Notes: a model not told the origin generated them from the sequence alone. Shown: positions 18,467 to 30,933, counted from the first letter of the stretch. The stretch is DNA of 38,267 nt from an uncultured bacterium (GCA_964619725.1 CAZUFC010000087.1:1-38267), one strand, 5' to 3'. Program-made: numbers and translations.

Positions 18467-18895
18467 CTATTGACCGGCGACATTAATTCGAGTTAAGGCT
18501 CTTTGCAAGGCAGCATAGGCTCTCGGCATGTTCCAATCGCCCGACCATTCGCCCAGAATGCGTTTTTCGGCTCTTTTTTTGGCTTTACGTGCCCTGTCGA
18601 TGTCTATTTCTTCAGCTTTTTCAGCGGTTTCGGCGAGGACGGCGATGCGTGGAGGATCATTTTCGACCTGGAAGAATCCTCCTTTACAGATTACGATGCA
18701 ATTCCAGGAATCCTGGTTGCGATAACGGAGCGGGCCGGTATCGAGGAGTCCGACCATCGGCGCATGTCCCTTTTGAATTCCTCTGGACCCGTCGTGAGCC
18801 GAAAGGGTTATTTCATCGACTTTTCCTGAGAAGATGATTTTTTCGGGTGTAACGACCAGCAGTCTGAAGGAAGCATCATGATTTACAGTCGACAT
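18467..18895 (-). CDS. atpC: F1 ATP synthase epsilon subunit
   Basis: VVTPE, GHAP, GGF, IDIDRA; last gene of the atp cluster. Confidence 0.93.
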   Translation of the reverse strand: MSTVNHDASFRLLVVTPEKIIFSGKVDEITLSAHDGSRGIQKGHAPMVGLLDTGPLRYRNQDSWNCIVICKGGFFQVENDPPRIAVLAETAEKAEEIDIDRARKAKKRAEKRILGEWSGDWNMPRAYAALQRALTRINVAGQ

Positions 18896-18919
18896 TAATA
18901 AGTCTCCGTGTCTGCAGCA

Positions 18920-20311
<1,392 letters not shown>

Positions 20312-20338
20312 TTACCTTCTGCTCCTTAGCCTTTGCTC

Positions 20339-21313
20339 TCATTTTTTAAGGGCTTCCGCCCCGCTTACGATCTCTATTAATTCCCTTGTGATGGCCGCCT
20401 GACGGGCCTGATTATATTCAAGGGTCAAATCTTCTATCATTTCTTCTGCATTCCGTGAAGCGTTATCCATCGCCGTCATCCTGGCCCCGTGATCGCCCGC
20501 ACGCGACTCAAGAAATATCCTGTGTATGCGGGCTTTGACGTACCTCTCCAGCAGAGTTTCAAATATCCTCTCAGGACTCGGATCAAAAGCATACTTCATA
20601 GGCGCAGACCTGATGCATTCGCGGTCCTCATAAGGAACGCAGAAATCCGGCGGCACCTCCTCATCCATCTGAAAATGATCCCTGGGCACAGGAAAGAGCT
20701 GTTCCGTTTTGACTTCCTGATGCAACGCGGAATAAAATCGGTTATAAATAAATAATATCCTGCGAGTTTCTCCGCCCATGAAACTCTTTTTCAATTTTTC
20801 AGAAAATTCTGAAGCAAAGGAAAAATCGTAAGAACCTAAAACGCCGGCGAACAATTCGGAAAAGCCGATATGTCTGGGCCGGAAATAATCTTCGCCTTTT
20901 TTGCCTACCAGGATGAGTGAATAATCCTCTTCGTCTAATTCTTGCAGTACTTGCTCGACGGTTCTGAAAACATTCTGATTGAAGCCGCCGCATAGGCCGC
21001 GGTCAGAAGCGACCCCGATTATGGTGGTCGGCGGAATTTTTTCCACAATTGCTGACTTTGTCCGGTCTTTTTTGTCTGGAGCTGATTTTTCCGGAGTATT
21101 TTCCTGTTCCAGAAGGGGATGATTAAAATGAGGATAACGCCAGAGGATGTCTTCGATAAGGACCCGGATCATTTGCGCGTAGAGCCTGGAATTGCTGATT
21201 TCTTCCTGAGCCTTCTGCAGTCTGGCGGCTGAAACCATTTTCATGGCTCTTGTTATTTGCTGAGTATTAATGACGCTTTTTTTTCGCCGTCTGATGTCTC
21301 GCAGATTCGCCAT
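20339..21313 (-). CDS. atpG: F1 ATP synthase gamma subunit (with two insertions)
   Basis: ITRAMKMVSAA, SDRGLCG, ARMTAM, YNQARQAAIT. Confidence 0.97.
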   Translation of the reverse strand: MANLRDIRRRKKSVINTQQITRAMKMVSAARLQKAQEEISNSRLYAQMIRVLIEDILWRYPHFNHPLLEQENTPEKSAPDKKDRTKSAIVEKIPPTTIIGVASDRGLCGGFNQNVFRTVEQVLQELDEEDYSLILVGKKGEDYFRPRHIGFSELFAGVLGSYDFSFASEFSEKLKKSFMGGETRRILFIYNRFYSALHQEVKTEQLFPVPRDHFQMDEEVPPDFCVPYEDRECIRSAPMKYAFDPSPERIFETLLERYVKARIHRIFLESRAGDHGARMTAMDNASRNAEEMIEDLTLEYNQARQAAITRELIEIVSGAEALKK

Positions 21314-21315
21314 AT

Positions 21316-23379
21316 CTAGTTACCCACGCCTACCGTATCCGATTCTTCTTTCTTTTCCCCGGCTTGTTCATCGCTTTTTAAAAAATCAGGCATAACCTGT
21401 GCCGCAGCGGCTTTTATCTCCCGTATGTTTTCCTCATCTTCAAGGCCTTTATTGAAAATTTCAAATATTAATTCTCGCTTCGATTCCACAATAAAATCGG
21501 ATACTTTTTCCAGGAAATCGTCGTGCCGTTCGCTGCCGATCTTCTGCAGTTCCTGAGTCAGGATAACGTTGAACTGAGTTTTTATAGCGTTCATTTCCTG
21601 TTGCAGGAACCAGCTATGGAAGTCCGCAATAAAAGCGTCGAAATCTTCGGTTAATTTTTCGTCCAGTTCTCTTCCCTCAAAAACTTCCAGCATAACTTGC
21701 GCCTGTTGGGACCCGTGGTCTGTCATCTGGTAATCCACGAATTGCGACCGGTAATATGCGTGCATATTATCCGGCAGTTTATTTTGAAGCTCTTTAAGTT
21801 TTTTGAACAGTTCGTCCGAAGATTTTTCGAGGAGATCGAGCTGGAATTGAGCGGTAAAGGCCGAAAGGGCTTCATCAAGGGAATTTTGAACGACGTCGGA
21901 TAATGTTTTTTCTCCAAGTATTATGTCGCCTATTTTTTTACCGGAATACTTTTCGTCGACTGATTCGGGCACAAAGTTTTCCATAAACTGGTACATTTCT
22001 GATTCATACTGTCGAATGATCGATATGGGGATGAAGTCGAGGTACCCCATTACGGCGGCGTAAATAGCGATGATCTGTTTTTGAACGGGCAAAGGTTTGT
22101 ATTGATCCTGTTTGAGTACTTCAGTCATACGGTAGCCCTGGGCAAGCTGTTTTTGAGTGGCGCGGTCCAGGTCGCTGCCGAATTGCGCAAAAGCTTCCAT
22201 TTCACGAAATTGAGCCAGGTCGACCCTGAGTCTTCCGGCTATTTTGCTCATGGCTGAAATTTGGGCGGCGCCGCCGACTCTGGATACGGAAAGTCCGACA
22301 TTAATGGCGGGTTTGACGCCCGAATGGAAGAGATCGGTTTCCAGGTAAATCTGGCCGTCGGTAATGGAAATGACGTTGGTGGGGATGTAGGCCGAAACGT
22401 CGCCCGCCTGAGTTTCAATAATAGGTAAGGCCGTAAGAGAACCGCCCCCTAATTCGTCGTTTAATTTTGAGGCGCGTTCAAGCAACCGGGAGTGAGTATA
22501 AAAAATATCGCCCGGGAAGGCTTCCCGTCCCGGCGGTCTTTTCAGAAGCAGTGACAATTGCCTGTAGGCGGCCGCCTGTTTGGTCAGATCGTCGTAAATG
22601 ACCAGGACATGACGTCCGCGGTCCATGAAATATTCTCCCATGGCGCAGCCGGAGTACGGCGCCAGGTACTGCAACGGCGCAGGGTCACCAGCGGATGCCG
22701 CCACCACGATGGTGTATTCCATCGCCTCATGCTCCTCCAATATTTTCACGGTGCGGGCGATTGTGGAAGCTTTCTGTCCGATGGCCACATAAATGCATAT
22801 GACGTCCTCGCTTTTCTGATTCAGGATCGTGTCCACGGCTATAGCGGTTTTGCCTGTCTGGCGGTCTCCGATAATCAATTCGCGCTGTCCGCGGCCGATA
22901 GGTATCATGGAATCGATAGCCTTGATTCCCGTTTGCAGAGGTTCTTTTACCGGCTGGCGGTCCGTAACGCCGGGCGCCAGTCTCTCAATCGGCATATAAT
23001 TCTCCGATTCGATCTCGCCCTTGCCGTCCAACGGTCGGCCTAAAGGGTCCACGATTCTTCCTATCAGTCCTTCGCCGGTCGGTATCTCGATAATGCGTTT
23101 CGTTCGCCAGGCGCTGTCGCCCTCCTTGATGCTCAGATAATCACCCATTATCGCCACGCCCACGTTGTCCTCTTCAAGATTGAGCGCCAGGCCGTAAATA
23201 TCCTTTTCAAATCGAATCAGTTCGCCTGCCATGCATTTTTCAAGTCCGAAGATACGGGCAATACCGTCGCCAGATTCCACAACTTTGCCTACTTCGCTGA
23301 CTTCTATGCCCTCTTTTCCTTGATAATCCTCAATTTTTTTCCTGATGTATTCCGTTATATCGCCTGAACCTAACGCCAT
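21316..23379 (-). CDS. atpA: F1 ATP synthase alpha subunit with 175-aa C-terminal extension
   Basis: [25 protein letters not shown]; the canonical sequence ends near residue 512 of 687. Confidence 0.98.
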   Translation of the reverse strand: MALGSGDITEYIRKKIEDYQGKEGIEVSEVGKVVESGDGIARIFGLEKCMAGELIRFEKDIYGLALNLEEDNVGVAIMGDYLSIKEGDSAWRTKRIIEIPTGEGLIGRIVDPLGRPLDGKGEIESENYMPIERLAPGVTDRQPVKEPLQTGIKAIDSMIPIGRGQRELIIGDRQTGKTAIAVDTILNQKSEDVICIYVAIGQKASTIARTVKILEEHEAMEYTIVVAASAGDPAPLQYLAPYSGCAMGEYFMDRGRHVLVIYDDLTKQAAAYRQLSLLLKRPPGREAFPGDIFYTHSRLLERASKLNDELGGGSLTALPIIETQAGDVSAYIPTNVISITDGQIYLETDLFHSGVKPAINVGLSVSRVGGAAQISAMSKIAGRLRVDLAQFREMEAFAQFGSDLDRATQKQLAQGYRMTEVLKQDQYKPLPVQKQIIAIYAAVMGYLDFIPISIIRQYESEMYQFMENFVPESVDEKYSGKKIGDIILGEKTLSDVVQNSLDEALSAFTAQFQLDLLEKSSDELFKKLKELQNKLPDNMHAYYRSQFVDYQMTDHGSQQAQVMLEVFEGRELDEKLTEDFDAFIADFHSWFLQQEMNAIKTQFNVILTQELQKIGSERHDDFLEKVSDFIVESKRELIFEIFNKGLEDEENIREIKAAAAQVMPDFLKSDEQAGEKKEESDTVGVGN

Positions 23380-23392
23380 TGTAAATTTCCTT

Positions 23393-23938
23393 TTATGCTG
23401 AGCCGATAAGGCTTCTGAATTGATTTAAGCGGTTGCGAATCGAGCCGTCCAGAATCATATCGCCCACACGCGTGATGATTCCGCCAAGCAGCTCAGTCTC
23501 TACCTCATAATCCAAATAAACGCTTTTTCCGGTTAATCGCTCGATTTTTTTAACCAAGGCCGATATTTCTTCCTCTTTCAAAGGCGCTGCCGAACGCACG
23601 CTTACTTTTATTCTTCCTAAAAATTCGTCGCCGGAATGCCTGAACTGCACCAGTATCTCATCCAACAAATGCAAACTGCGCGCTTCCAGCAAAACCATGA
23701 TGAACGACCGGACAGGCTCGCCCGTATCCAGACGCTTGCATATCTCGCTGAATAACTCCTGCTGCTCGTCCAGAGAGATCAAACCGCCCCGTATGACGGT
23801 CTGCAATTCAGGAAACTCGTTCAAAAGATCGACGAGACGCTCCAAATGCGTTGCTGTCCGGTCAATGCTTTCCAGCGTCTTTTCCTCTAAACTCTCCAGA
23901 AGGGCCTCAGAAAATTTTTTCCCCTGCGAACTTACCAT
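23393..23938 (-). CDS. atpH: ATP synthase delta subunit
   Basis: [24 protein letters not shown]; gene position. Confidence 0.92.
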   Translation of the reverse strand: MVSSQGKKFSEALLESLEEKTLESIDRTATHLERLVDLLNEFPELQTVIRGGLISLDEQQELFSEICKRLDTGEPVRSFIMVLLEARSLHLLDEILVQFRHSGDEFLGRIKVSVRSAAPLKEEEISALVKKIERLTGKSVYLDYEVETELLGGIITRVGDMILDGSIRNRLNQFRSLIGSA

Positions 23939-24594
23939 TTATTAAAAGCCTCTTCAAAATCATCAATATATTCATTAGTCCACCGGCGCTGATCCTCTTG
24001 CGATATCTCGCTCTTCCAGCGCTTTTCGACAAGCTCCAACGCCTTATTCAATCCCTTCTCAGCTATATCGCGCCGCAACTGCTCCTCCTGCTCTTTCAAT
24101 TGTTTCTCGAACTGTTCGCGACTCTTCTGCTGCTCCTTTTCCGATTTGTCCTTCAACAACCGCTTTTCTTCCTCGCTCTTTGCCGCTATCGCCTCTTCTA
24201 TCTTCTCGCGGCGCTCGTCAATCCGCGAATAGGCGCTTTCGAGTTCCTCCAATGAACTCTTTTGACGCTCTATCGTAACTTCGGCCTGTTCAAAATCTGT
24301 CTTTATGACTTTTTCACGCTTACTGAAAAAAGCGGCGATCTTCTTCCTGAATAAAAACAAAGGAAGGCCGAATAAAAGCAGCGCGTTGAAGACCCTGTAT
24401 ATTTCACCCGATGAACCGTGCTCCTCATGACCCCCTTCATGATGCTCGCCGTCATCGTGCTGTTCATGAGCATCAGGGACCGAACGGGAGGCTTCAGTCG
24501 AATGCTCTGAAGCAATGCCTGTGGACAGGGAATATACGCCGATTACCGCTAAAAAAAGTAAAAGCGCTGTCGAACAGATAATTTTTTTACTCAT
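23932..24594 (-). CDS. atpF: ATP synthase b subunit with His-rich N-terminal extension
   Basis: Hydrophobic N-terminus, His-rich loop, TM helix, FF..R, long charged coiled coil; gene position. Confidence 0.8.
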   Translation of the reverse strand: MSKKIICSTALLLFLAVIGVYSLSTGIASEHSTEASRSVPDAHEQHDDGEHHEGGHEEHGSSGEIYRVFNALLLFGLPLFLFRKKIAAFFSKREKVIKTDFEQAEVTIERQKSSLEELESAYSRIDERREKIEEAIAAKSEEEKRLLKDKSEKEQQKSREQFEKQLKEQEEQLRRDIAEKGLNKALELVEKRWKSEISQEDQRRWTNEYIDDFEEAFNKW

Positions 24595-25037
24595 AACGGG
24601 ACGTCTTTGGATTTGGGTTTCAGCGATTGAAAAATGTGCGTCGCTATCTTCTCGGATTCGGATTCTATCTCTCGGCTGAGACTATTCCGCTTTTGCTCAA
24701 GCTCCTTCTCGAAGTCCTTTTGAGTCCTGATGCGTTCTTCAGCCTGGCGGGTTTGCTCGATCCTTATTAGCTCCTGCATTTCCTTAATTTCCCTTTGCTT
24801 TTTCCGGCGCGCCTCTTCCTTGAACTGTTCTTCGGAGTCTTTTATCTTGCTTCTGAGGAGTTCCGTTTTTCGTTTGAGGTCCTCTTTTTCCAGAATATTC
24901 TGACGTTTGATTTGTTCCCGGCGGATTATGACCGTTCTCAGCTCACTGAAGAGAATCCGATCCATAAGGATGAGAAAAATCAGGATACTGATGATTTCCA
25001 GGACCAGGCTGTAATCAAGGCTTATCATAAGCGGCAA
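24591..25037 (-). CDS. atpF: ATP synthase b' subunit
   Basis: ISLD, single TM helix, ILF...I..RE, coiled coil; start could be ATG 25028. Confidence 0.75.
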   Translation of the reverse strand: MPLMISLDYSLVLEIISILIFLILMDRILFSELRTVIIRREQIKRQNILEKEDLKRKTELLRSKIKDSEEQFKEEARRKKQREIKEMQELIRIEQTRQAEERIRTQKDFEKELEQKRNSLSREIESESEKIATHIFQSLKPKSKDVPL

Positions 25038-25186
25038 AAAGGATGCGCCGCCCGAACAGGACAGCGGGTTGTGGTTTCAAGCATCGGGACCGCGCTGAAA
25101 GAATCCCGATTTGGTAATAAAATAGAAATAAGTCTGAAATGTCAAGACATTTTGCGGGAAAATCTAATCATAAAGGAAAGATAATC

Positions 25187-25241
25187 AGGTTCTGTCCGGC
25201 ATGAGAAATTGAATTGTGCATCGAGTCTGTGGACAGGCGCG
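25187..25241 (+). repeat. Degenerate copy of element A downstream of parB
   Basis: CTGTCC...TGGACAG core at 25192-25236 has the same 45-bp length as the other copies and keeps GCAT, TGAAT and TCGAGT at the same offsets. Confidence 0.6.
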
Positions 25242-25261
25242 CATCCTGAAAGCGTCCGGAA

Positions 25262-26110
25262 TCAGCCTTGTTCGATGATGGAAAGTATATGGTCCAGGTC
25301 TTCGTTGCTGTAGTAATCTATGATTATTCTTCCGCCTTTTTTGGCCTTGGGTTTAATTGCGACTTTTGTTTGAAGTGATTCCATAAGGCGGTTTCGTATG
25401 AATTCCAGTTGAGCATCAAGCCGGGTTCTGTTCTTTTTGGTTGTGGCCGGGGTTTTATTCAGGGAGGAGACGAATTTTTCAGTATCCCGCACGGATAGTT
25501 CCTTTGTGAGAATTTCATCCCTTACCATAAGAATCAGCTCGGATTCTTTCAATGTAAGAAGGACTTTCGCATGTCCGGCGCTTATTTTTCCCTCTGCTAC
25601 GTCCTTTTTGACCGGTTCGGGGAGATTAAGGAGTCTTACGGCGTTGGAGATGGTTGTTCTGTCTATGCCGATTTTTTGGGAGAGTTTTTCCTGCGTCAAA
25701 CCTTCCATATCCATCAGGAGACGGAAAGCGGCAGCTTCTTCAATAGGATTCAAGTCCTGCCTGTGTATATTTTCTATCAAGCCGATAATCATGGATTTTT
25801 CGGCTTCGGCTTGAATGATGATGGCGGGTAATTGTTTCAGTTCGGCCATTTTAGCGGCGCGAAAGCGTCTTTCACCGACGATGAGCTCATATTTTCCATT
25901 TTTTTTCTTTAATATTACGGGCTGTAGCACGCCTTCAGCTTTTATGGATTGAGCGAGGCTTTCGAGTTGATCCTGATCAAATTTTTTTCTTGGCTGGCGT
26001 GGATTGGGAGTAATATCGCCGATAGGCACATAGGCGAACCGTGACTGATCATCTTTTTCAATGTCTGGAATAAGGGCTCCTAAGCCTTTACCTAATCCTC
26101 TTTTTTTCAT
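25262..26110 (-). CDS. parB: Chromosome partitioning protein ParB/Spo0J
   Basis: Start moved to ATG 26110 (MKKRGLGKGLGALI); NPRQPR, GERRFRA, IEN..RQDLNPIEEA. Confidence 0.96.
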   Translation of the reverse strand: MKKRGLGKGLGALIPDIEKDDQSRFAYVPIGDITPNPRQPRKKFDQDQLESLAQSIKAEGVLQPVILKKKNGKYELIVGERRFRAAKMAELKQLPAIIIQAEAEKSMIIGLIENIHRQDLNPIEEAAAFRLLMDMEGLTQEKLSQKIGIDRTTISNAVRLLNLPEPVKKDVAEGKISAGHAKVLLTLKESELILMVRDEILTKELSVRDTEKFVSSLNKTPATTKKNRTRLDAQLEFIRNRLMESLQTKVAIKPKAKKGGRIIIDYYSNEDLDHILSIIEQG

Positions 26111-26864
26111 TATTGAGTATCTCCGCTGCAAGATTGAGATAAGCGCGGGCGCCGGAGGAGCGGATATCATAAAGGATAATGGGTATACCGTGACTCGGCG
26201 CTTCCGACAGCCGTACGTTTCTGGGTATGACTGTTTTGAAAACCTTATCGCCGAAGTGATTTCTGACTTCTTCGACGACTTCATTGGAAATATTGGTTCT
26301 GGCGTCGTGCATAGTCAGGACGACGCCTTTAACGGACAGTTCTGGATTGAGCGATCTGCGGACCCTTTTGATGGTTTCCAGCAACTGGGTTATTCCTTCC
26401 AGGGCGTAATATTCGCATTGGAGGGGAATAATGATTGAATCTGCGGCTGTAAGCGCGTTGACGGTGAGCAGTCCGAGAGAGGGAGGACAGTCCACGATGA
26501 TGTAGTCGTAATTGTCTCTGATGCTTTTTAATTCTTCCTTAAAAAGGCTTTCTCTGTTTTCAGCGTCGATCAGCTCCACTTCAGCGCCGATGAGTCGCAT
26601 ATCCGAGGGAACGGCCGACAGAAATTCCATGCCTCCGTCGACGATTACCTCGGACAAGGCCGCCTCACCTAGAAGCGCTTCATAAAGACCTCTCTTCCGG
26701 CGTTCGGCGGTAATTCCCAGTCCGCTGCTGGCATTGCCTTGCGGGTCCATATCAATCAGTAATGTTCGTTTTTCCGCCGCAGCCAGACAAGAAGCCAGGT
26801 TAACGCTGGTAGTGGTTTTTCCCACTCCTCCTTTCTGATTGGCGACGGCCGTGATTTCGCTCAT
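26088..26864 (-). CDS. parA: Chromosome partitioning ATPase ParA/Soj
   Basis: NQKGGVGKTT, DPQGN, DCPPSLG, EAPSHG. Confidence 0.97.
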   Translation of the reverse strand: MSEITAVANQKGGVGKTTTSVNLASCLAAAEKRTLLIDMDPQGNASSGLGITAERRKRGLYEALLGEAALSEVIVDGGMEFLSAVPSDMRLIGAEVELIDAENRESLFKEELKSIRDNYDYIIVDCPPSLGLLTVNALTAADSIIIPLQCEYYALEGITQLLETIKRVRRSLNPELSVKGVVLTMHDARTNISNEVVEEVRNHFGDKVFKTVIPRNVRLSEAPSHGIPIILYDIRSSGARAYLNLAAEILNNEKKRIR

Positions 26865-26957
26865 AAGTTTAACTCCCGTCAGGGGAAAAAAATGTAACTG
26901 ATTATGACGGCATCGTCAAGAAGAAGTCCGCGCCTTTAAAAAACAAAATTCCGGTAT

Positions 26958-27323
26958 TTATGCTTTTCTATTTCCATAAGATGAAGTCCGCGTATTTGCC
27001 CTGGCCATCTTATGGATCATATCCTTCTGGACTTTTACGAATTGGATGCCCAACTCGCAATGTTTCAGCAACCCCCTGGTTTCGGCCCAGATTATTTTTC
27101 CGTGTAAGGAATATTCATTTTCCTTATCCTTAATGCTGAGGTGAATGGAAGAGCCTGGCGGAATGAAACGGTCTGTTTTGAGCAGCGCGCCTGCACGGCT
27201 GAGGTTTGTGATTATGCCGGAGCCGATGAGGTATTTTTCGTTTTTTCTCCGGCAATAGAAATCAGCCTTGAGACGCACTTTTCGGCGGGAGTGTTTTCTT
27301 CTTTCCTTCATGTCATGACTCAT
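26958..27323 (-). CDS. Single-domain PilZ protein (c-di-GMP receptor)
   Basis: RxxxR (RKHSR) and NxSxxG (NLSRAG), terminal GIQF. Confidence 0.88.
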   Translation of the reverse strand: MSHDMKERRKHSRRKVRLKADFYCRRKNEKYLIGSGIITNLSRAGALLKTDRFIPPGSSIHLSIKDKENEYSLHGKIIWAETRGLLKHCELGIQFVKVQKDMIHKMARANTRTSSYGNRKA

Positions 27324-27442
27324 TTCCCATTAAAGTTGCAGGATTCGAACAAAAAGAGCAAAATTGATGCTTGAATTTATATTATTATGAATTTTATATT
27401 TCATTTATTATGCGTTTATCCGCGCGCTCTCCGTCAACAATA

Positions 27443-30118
27443 TCATTCCCATCCCTTCCGGCGCGCTTTTAAGCCGGCTTTTTCCTGGAGTTCAGCCAGT
27501 TTGTTCAGGGCCTGTAAAGGGGTTAAGCTGTTGATGTCGATATTTTTGAGTTCTTTAAGGAGCGGATCGGGCGGAGCGGAGAAGAGGGAGAGTTGTTTGG
27601 GTATGGGACGTGAGGAGGAGAGGGGATTTTTCGATTTGTTTCTTGATTCAGCGATAGAGGGATTTCCTTCGAAATCAAGCTGGATATTTTCCAGGTTGCT
27701 CAGTATTTCTTTGGCTCTTTCGATAACTTCATTCGGTAGTCCGGCCAGGCGAGCGACCTGTATGCCGTAGCTTTTGTCGGTGCCGCCGTTTCTGATTTTT
27801 CTGAGGAAAATAATTTCATCGTTCCATTCTTTGACTGCAATATTGTAGTTTTTGACTCCTTTTTTGGTCAGAGCCAGTTCCGTTAGTTCATGATAGTGGG
27901 TGGCGAAGAGGGTTTTAGCGCCGATTTTTCTTTTGTCGTTTATGTATTCAGCGACGGCCCAGGCTATGCTTAAACCATCGAAAGTGCTTGTTCCGCGACC
28001 TATTTCATCGAGTATTATCAGGCTTTTTGAAGTAGCGTTATGCAGGATGTTCGATGTTTCATTCATTTCTATCATGAAAGTGCTTAAGCCCCCGAAGAGG
28101 TTGTCAGAGGCGCCGACGCGGGTGAAAATACGGTCAACCAGGCCGATTTTCGCATATTTTGCGGGAACGAAGCATCCTATTTGCGCCATCAGAACGATAA
28201 CCGCGGTCTGCCTGATGTAAGTCGACTTTCCCGCCATGTTGGGACCGGTGATGATCAGCAACTGGTTTTCATCGCAATCGAGGAGCGTATCGTTCGGAAC
28301 GAAGGCTTCGGCGGGATTTATGCGCTCAACTACGGGATGTCTTCCTTCGCGTATGTCTATAATGCTGTCTTCAGCAATTATCGGACGGATATAATTGAAA
28401 TGTCTCGCCGTTTCCGCGAAGGAAGAGAGAACGTCCAGGTGCGCGATCAGAGAGGCGGCCTGGAGTATAGCCGCAGACCGGGCAGCGGTTCGCCGCACAG
28501 CTTCAAGAAAAAGATCATATTCGATTTGGTTTATTTTCTCCTCAGCCTCAAGCACCTTTATCTCATATTCTTTCAATTCAGGAGTAATGAACCTCTCCGA
28601 ATTGACCAGGGTCTGTTTTCGCTCATAATAATCCGGAACCTGATCCGTCTTTGAACGGGGAATTTCGATAAAATAGCCGAATATCTTGTTGTATTTGATT
28701 TTAGTTTTTTCAATCCCAGTTGTTTTTCGCTCACGCTGCTCCATGGCCGCAATATAGTTTTTTCCCTCGTAACGGATGGAGCGCAGTTCGTCCAGTTCCG
28801 AGTTATAGCCTTTCCTGATCATTTTTCCTTCGCGGATACTGACGGGCGGATTATCTTTTATGGTCTGTTCAAGTTCGTCGACCAGCGGGGGAATATCATC
28901 GAGTGAATCGGTCATGGCAGTAATCATGGGATTCTTGAGTTTTCGAGCCGCATCGGCCAGGACGGGCATTTTTTTCAGCGATTCGCGCAGGGCTGCCAGG
29001 TGCCGGGCGTTGGCCGCGCCCATGCAGATGCGGCCGTTAAGACGCTCGATGTCCTGTATGTTCTTTAATTCCCCCTGGCAACGCTTGAGGAGGTCGGCAT
29101 CGGCCAGGAAGGTTTCCACGGCATCCAGGCGGAGGTTCAACGCTTCTTCGTCCATCAGAGGCTGAAGCAGCCATTTTTTGAGGAGTCTGCCGCCCATGGG
29201 GGTTGAGGAGCGGTCCAGCATATCGATAAGCGAGCCTTCCCTTTGCCCCCGGAAGATGGTTTTGGTCAGCTCCAGGTTCCTTTGAGCCGCCGCATCCAGG
29301 ACCATAAAGCCTTCCCGCCTGAAAACACGGATACTTTTTATATGGTCCAGGGTCTGTTTTTGAGTTTCCTGAAGGTAACCCAAAAGGGCCCCGGCCGCAC
29401 TGATGCCTGCCGGAAAATCATTCACTCCGAACGCATGCAGGGAATGCACGCCGAAATGGTCCGTCAGGATATCGCGGGCATAGTCCTCGGCAAAATTCCA
29501 TTCATCCAGCGGTTCAATCCGGACGCTTTCAGGAAGAGGAAGACGCCCCAGCGCGCTTTTGTTTTTGTATAAATTACCCGGTACGATCAGTTCGCGGGGA
29601 ACGTAGCCTGAAAACAAAGCCGTTATGTCTTCACGAATGCTCTTTCCCCTGAATTCCGCCACAAAAAAATCGGCCGTCGTCAAATCAGCATACGCCGCCC
29701 CCACCGTTTCCTTGTCCTTTATGTACAACGCTGCCAGATAATTGTATTCCTTCGATTCCAGTATGTTTTCATCCATCACCGTCCCGGGCGTTATCACCCG
29801 TATGACTTCCCGCTTGACCAAACCCTTTGCCGCCTTTGGGTCTTCTATCTGTTCGCAGATCGCTACCTTGAAATTTTGCTGTATCAGCTTGGCGATGTAT
29901 GAATCCACCGAATGATAAGGAACTCCGCACATCGGAACAGCATTTTCCGACTTCCTGTCCCGGGAGGTCAATACGATGTCCAGCGCTTTCGATGCTTTCT
30001 TCGCATCATCGAAAAACATTTCGTAAAAGTCGCCCATACGATACATCAGTATAGCATCCTCATACTGCTTCTTGATCTGAAGATACTGTTTCAGCATGGG
30101 GGTGACTTTTTCAGACAT
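27443..30118 (-). CDS. mutS: DNA mismatch repair protein MutS
   Basis: TPMLKQY, GDFYEMF, TGPNMAGKST, DEIGRGTST, SYGIQVA. Confidence 0.99.
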   Translation of the reverse strand: MSEKVTPMLKQYLQIKKQYEDAILMYRMGDFYEMFFDDAKKASKALDIVLTSRDRKSENAVPMCGVPYHSVDSYIAKLIQQNFKVAICEQIEDPKAAKGLVKREVIRVITPGTVMDENILESKEYNYLAALYIKDKETVGAAYADLTTADFFVAEFRGKSIREDITALFSGYVPRELIVPGNLYKNKSALGRLPLPESVRIEPLDEWNFAEDYARDILTDHFGVHSLHAFGVNDFPAGISAAGALLGYLQETQKQTLDHIKSIRVFRREGFMVLDAAAQRNLELTKTIFRGQREGSLIDMLDRSSTPMGGRLLKKWLLQPLMDEEALNLRLDAVETFLADADLLKRCQGELKNIQDIERLNGRICMGAANARHLAALRESLKKMPVLADAARKLKNPMITAMTDSLDDIPPLVDELEQTIKDNPPVSIREGKMIRKGYNSELDELRSIRYEGKNYIAAMEQRERKTTGIEKTKIKYNKIFGYFIEIPRSKTDQVPDYYERKQTLVNSERFITPELKEYEIKVLEAEEKINQIEYDLFLEAVRRTAARSAAILQAASLIAHLDVLSSFAETARHFNYIRPIIAEDSIIDIREGRHPVVERINPAEAFVPNDTLLDCDENQLLIITGPNMAGKSTYIRQTAVIVLMAQIGCFVPAKYAKIGLVDRIFTRVGASDNLFGGLSTFMIEMNETSNILHNATSKSLIILDEIGRGTSTFDGLSIAWAVAEYINDKRKIGAKTLFATHYHELTELALTKKGVKNYNIAVKEWNDEIIFLRKIRNGGTDKSYGIQVARLAGLPNEVIERAKEILSNLENIQLDFEGNPSIAESRNKSKNPLSSSRPIPKQLSLFSAPPDPLLKELKNIDINSLTPLQALNKLAELQEKAGLKARRKGWE

Positions 30119-30473
30119 TTACGGCATTCCTTTTTTGTGCGCAGCTTTTTCCGGCGCATTCCCCAAAAACGGAATCCGTCCGGAATCCAGCTCATTTCCT
30201 GAAAAATATTGACCGTTATCAATCATTTGACCGCCGGCGTCTGGAGTAAAACAATCATCGCAAATCAATGTGAGACGAAAAAACCTCAATCGATTTCATG
30301 GTTAACCTTTAACATTTTTGCTTCAGAAGTCAAGCCGATTCTTGCCTGAAATCCGACGCGCTGAGCATAGGGGCCGAAAGAGATCGTTCCTCTTTGCTGC
30401 GTTAAGGTCGTTACCCGCGTTAGTATGGACCCGGCATGCCGAATAAAAATGAGTTTTTGGACAGGCGCTAACG

Positions 30474-30676
30474 AGTGTCTGTCCACAAACTCGAATCTCG
30501 ATTCAAAATTTAATGTTGGACAGCCACTTGGGTTTTTGATCCATAAACGGGTGAATTTTTCTTAAGGCCAGGAAGGCAAAGATTTGCGAGGCAGGGGTAT
30601 TGCTTATACGTTGACTGAGCAAATCCGAAGCCTGACGCTGCAAAGGGGCAAATACGCCGTTTATGGACAAAAACTA
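30474..30676 (-). mobile_element. 203-bp composite MITE-like repeat (element A + element B), left copy
   Basis: Ungapped reverse complement of 31830-32032 (25 mismatches by hand count, about 88%). Element B has ends GTTTTTG(A)TCCATAAACG / CGTTTATGGACAAAAAC. Confidence 0.8.
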
Positions 30677-30933
30677 ACGAGTCGAGGTTTCAAAGAACTG
30701 TTGAATCTTTTAAACGCGAAAGAGGTATTTTTGATCAATGCCGAAATTTTTTTTTGCAGGAAAAAGCGATTTAAGGCATTCGAGAAGAATCCGAAAACCG
30801 GCGCGTAATTTCTTCAGAATCATTTCACCATGAAGAGCATGAAGGCCATGAAGAGATATGAATCCATCATCATAAGACCTGCATCAGCTATGTTTTCCCT
30901 GAACTCATCAACCGTTTCTCCCCGGCTGAAAGT

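Noticed and set aside
26111-26284. Long N-terminal extensions in the ORF track (parB; also 29, 7588 and 33811 starts)
   Set aside because: Downstream ATGs give the family N-termini, signal peptides or RBS
25038-27442. parS or oriC near parAB
   Set aside because: No TGTTTCACGTGAAACA-like site or DnaA-box cluster seen by eye
30286-30808. ORFs 30286..30486 and 30584..30808
   Set aside because: They start in or overlap the repeat elements and show no protein features
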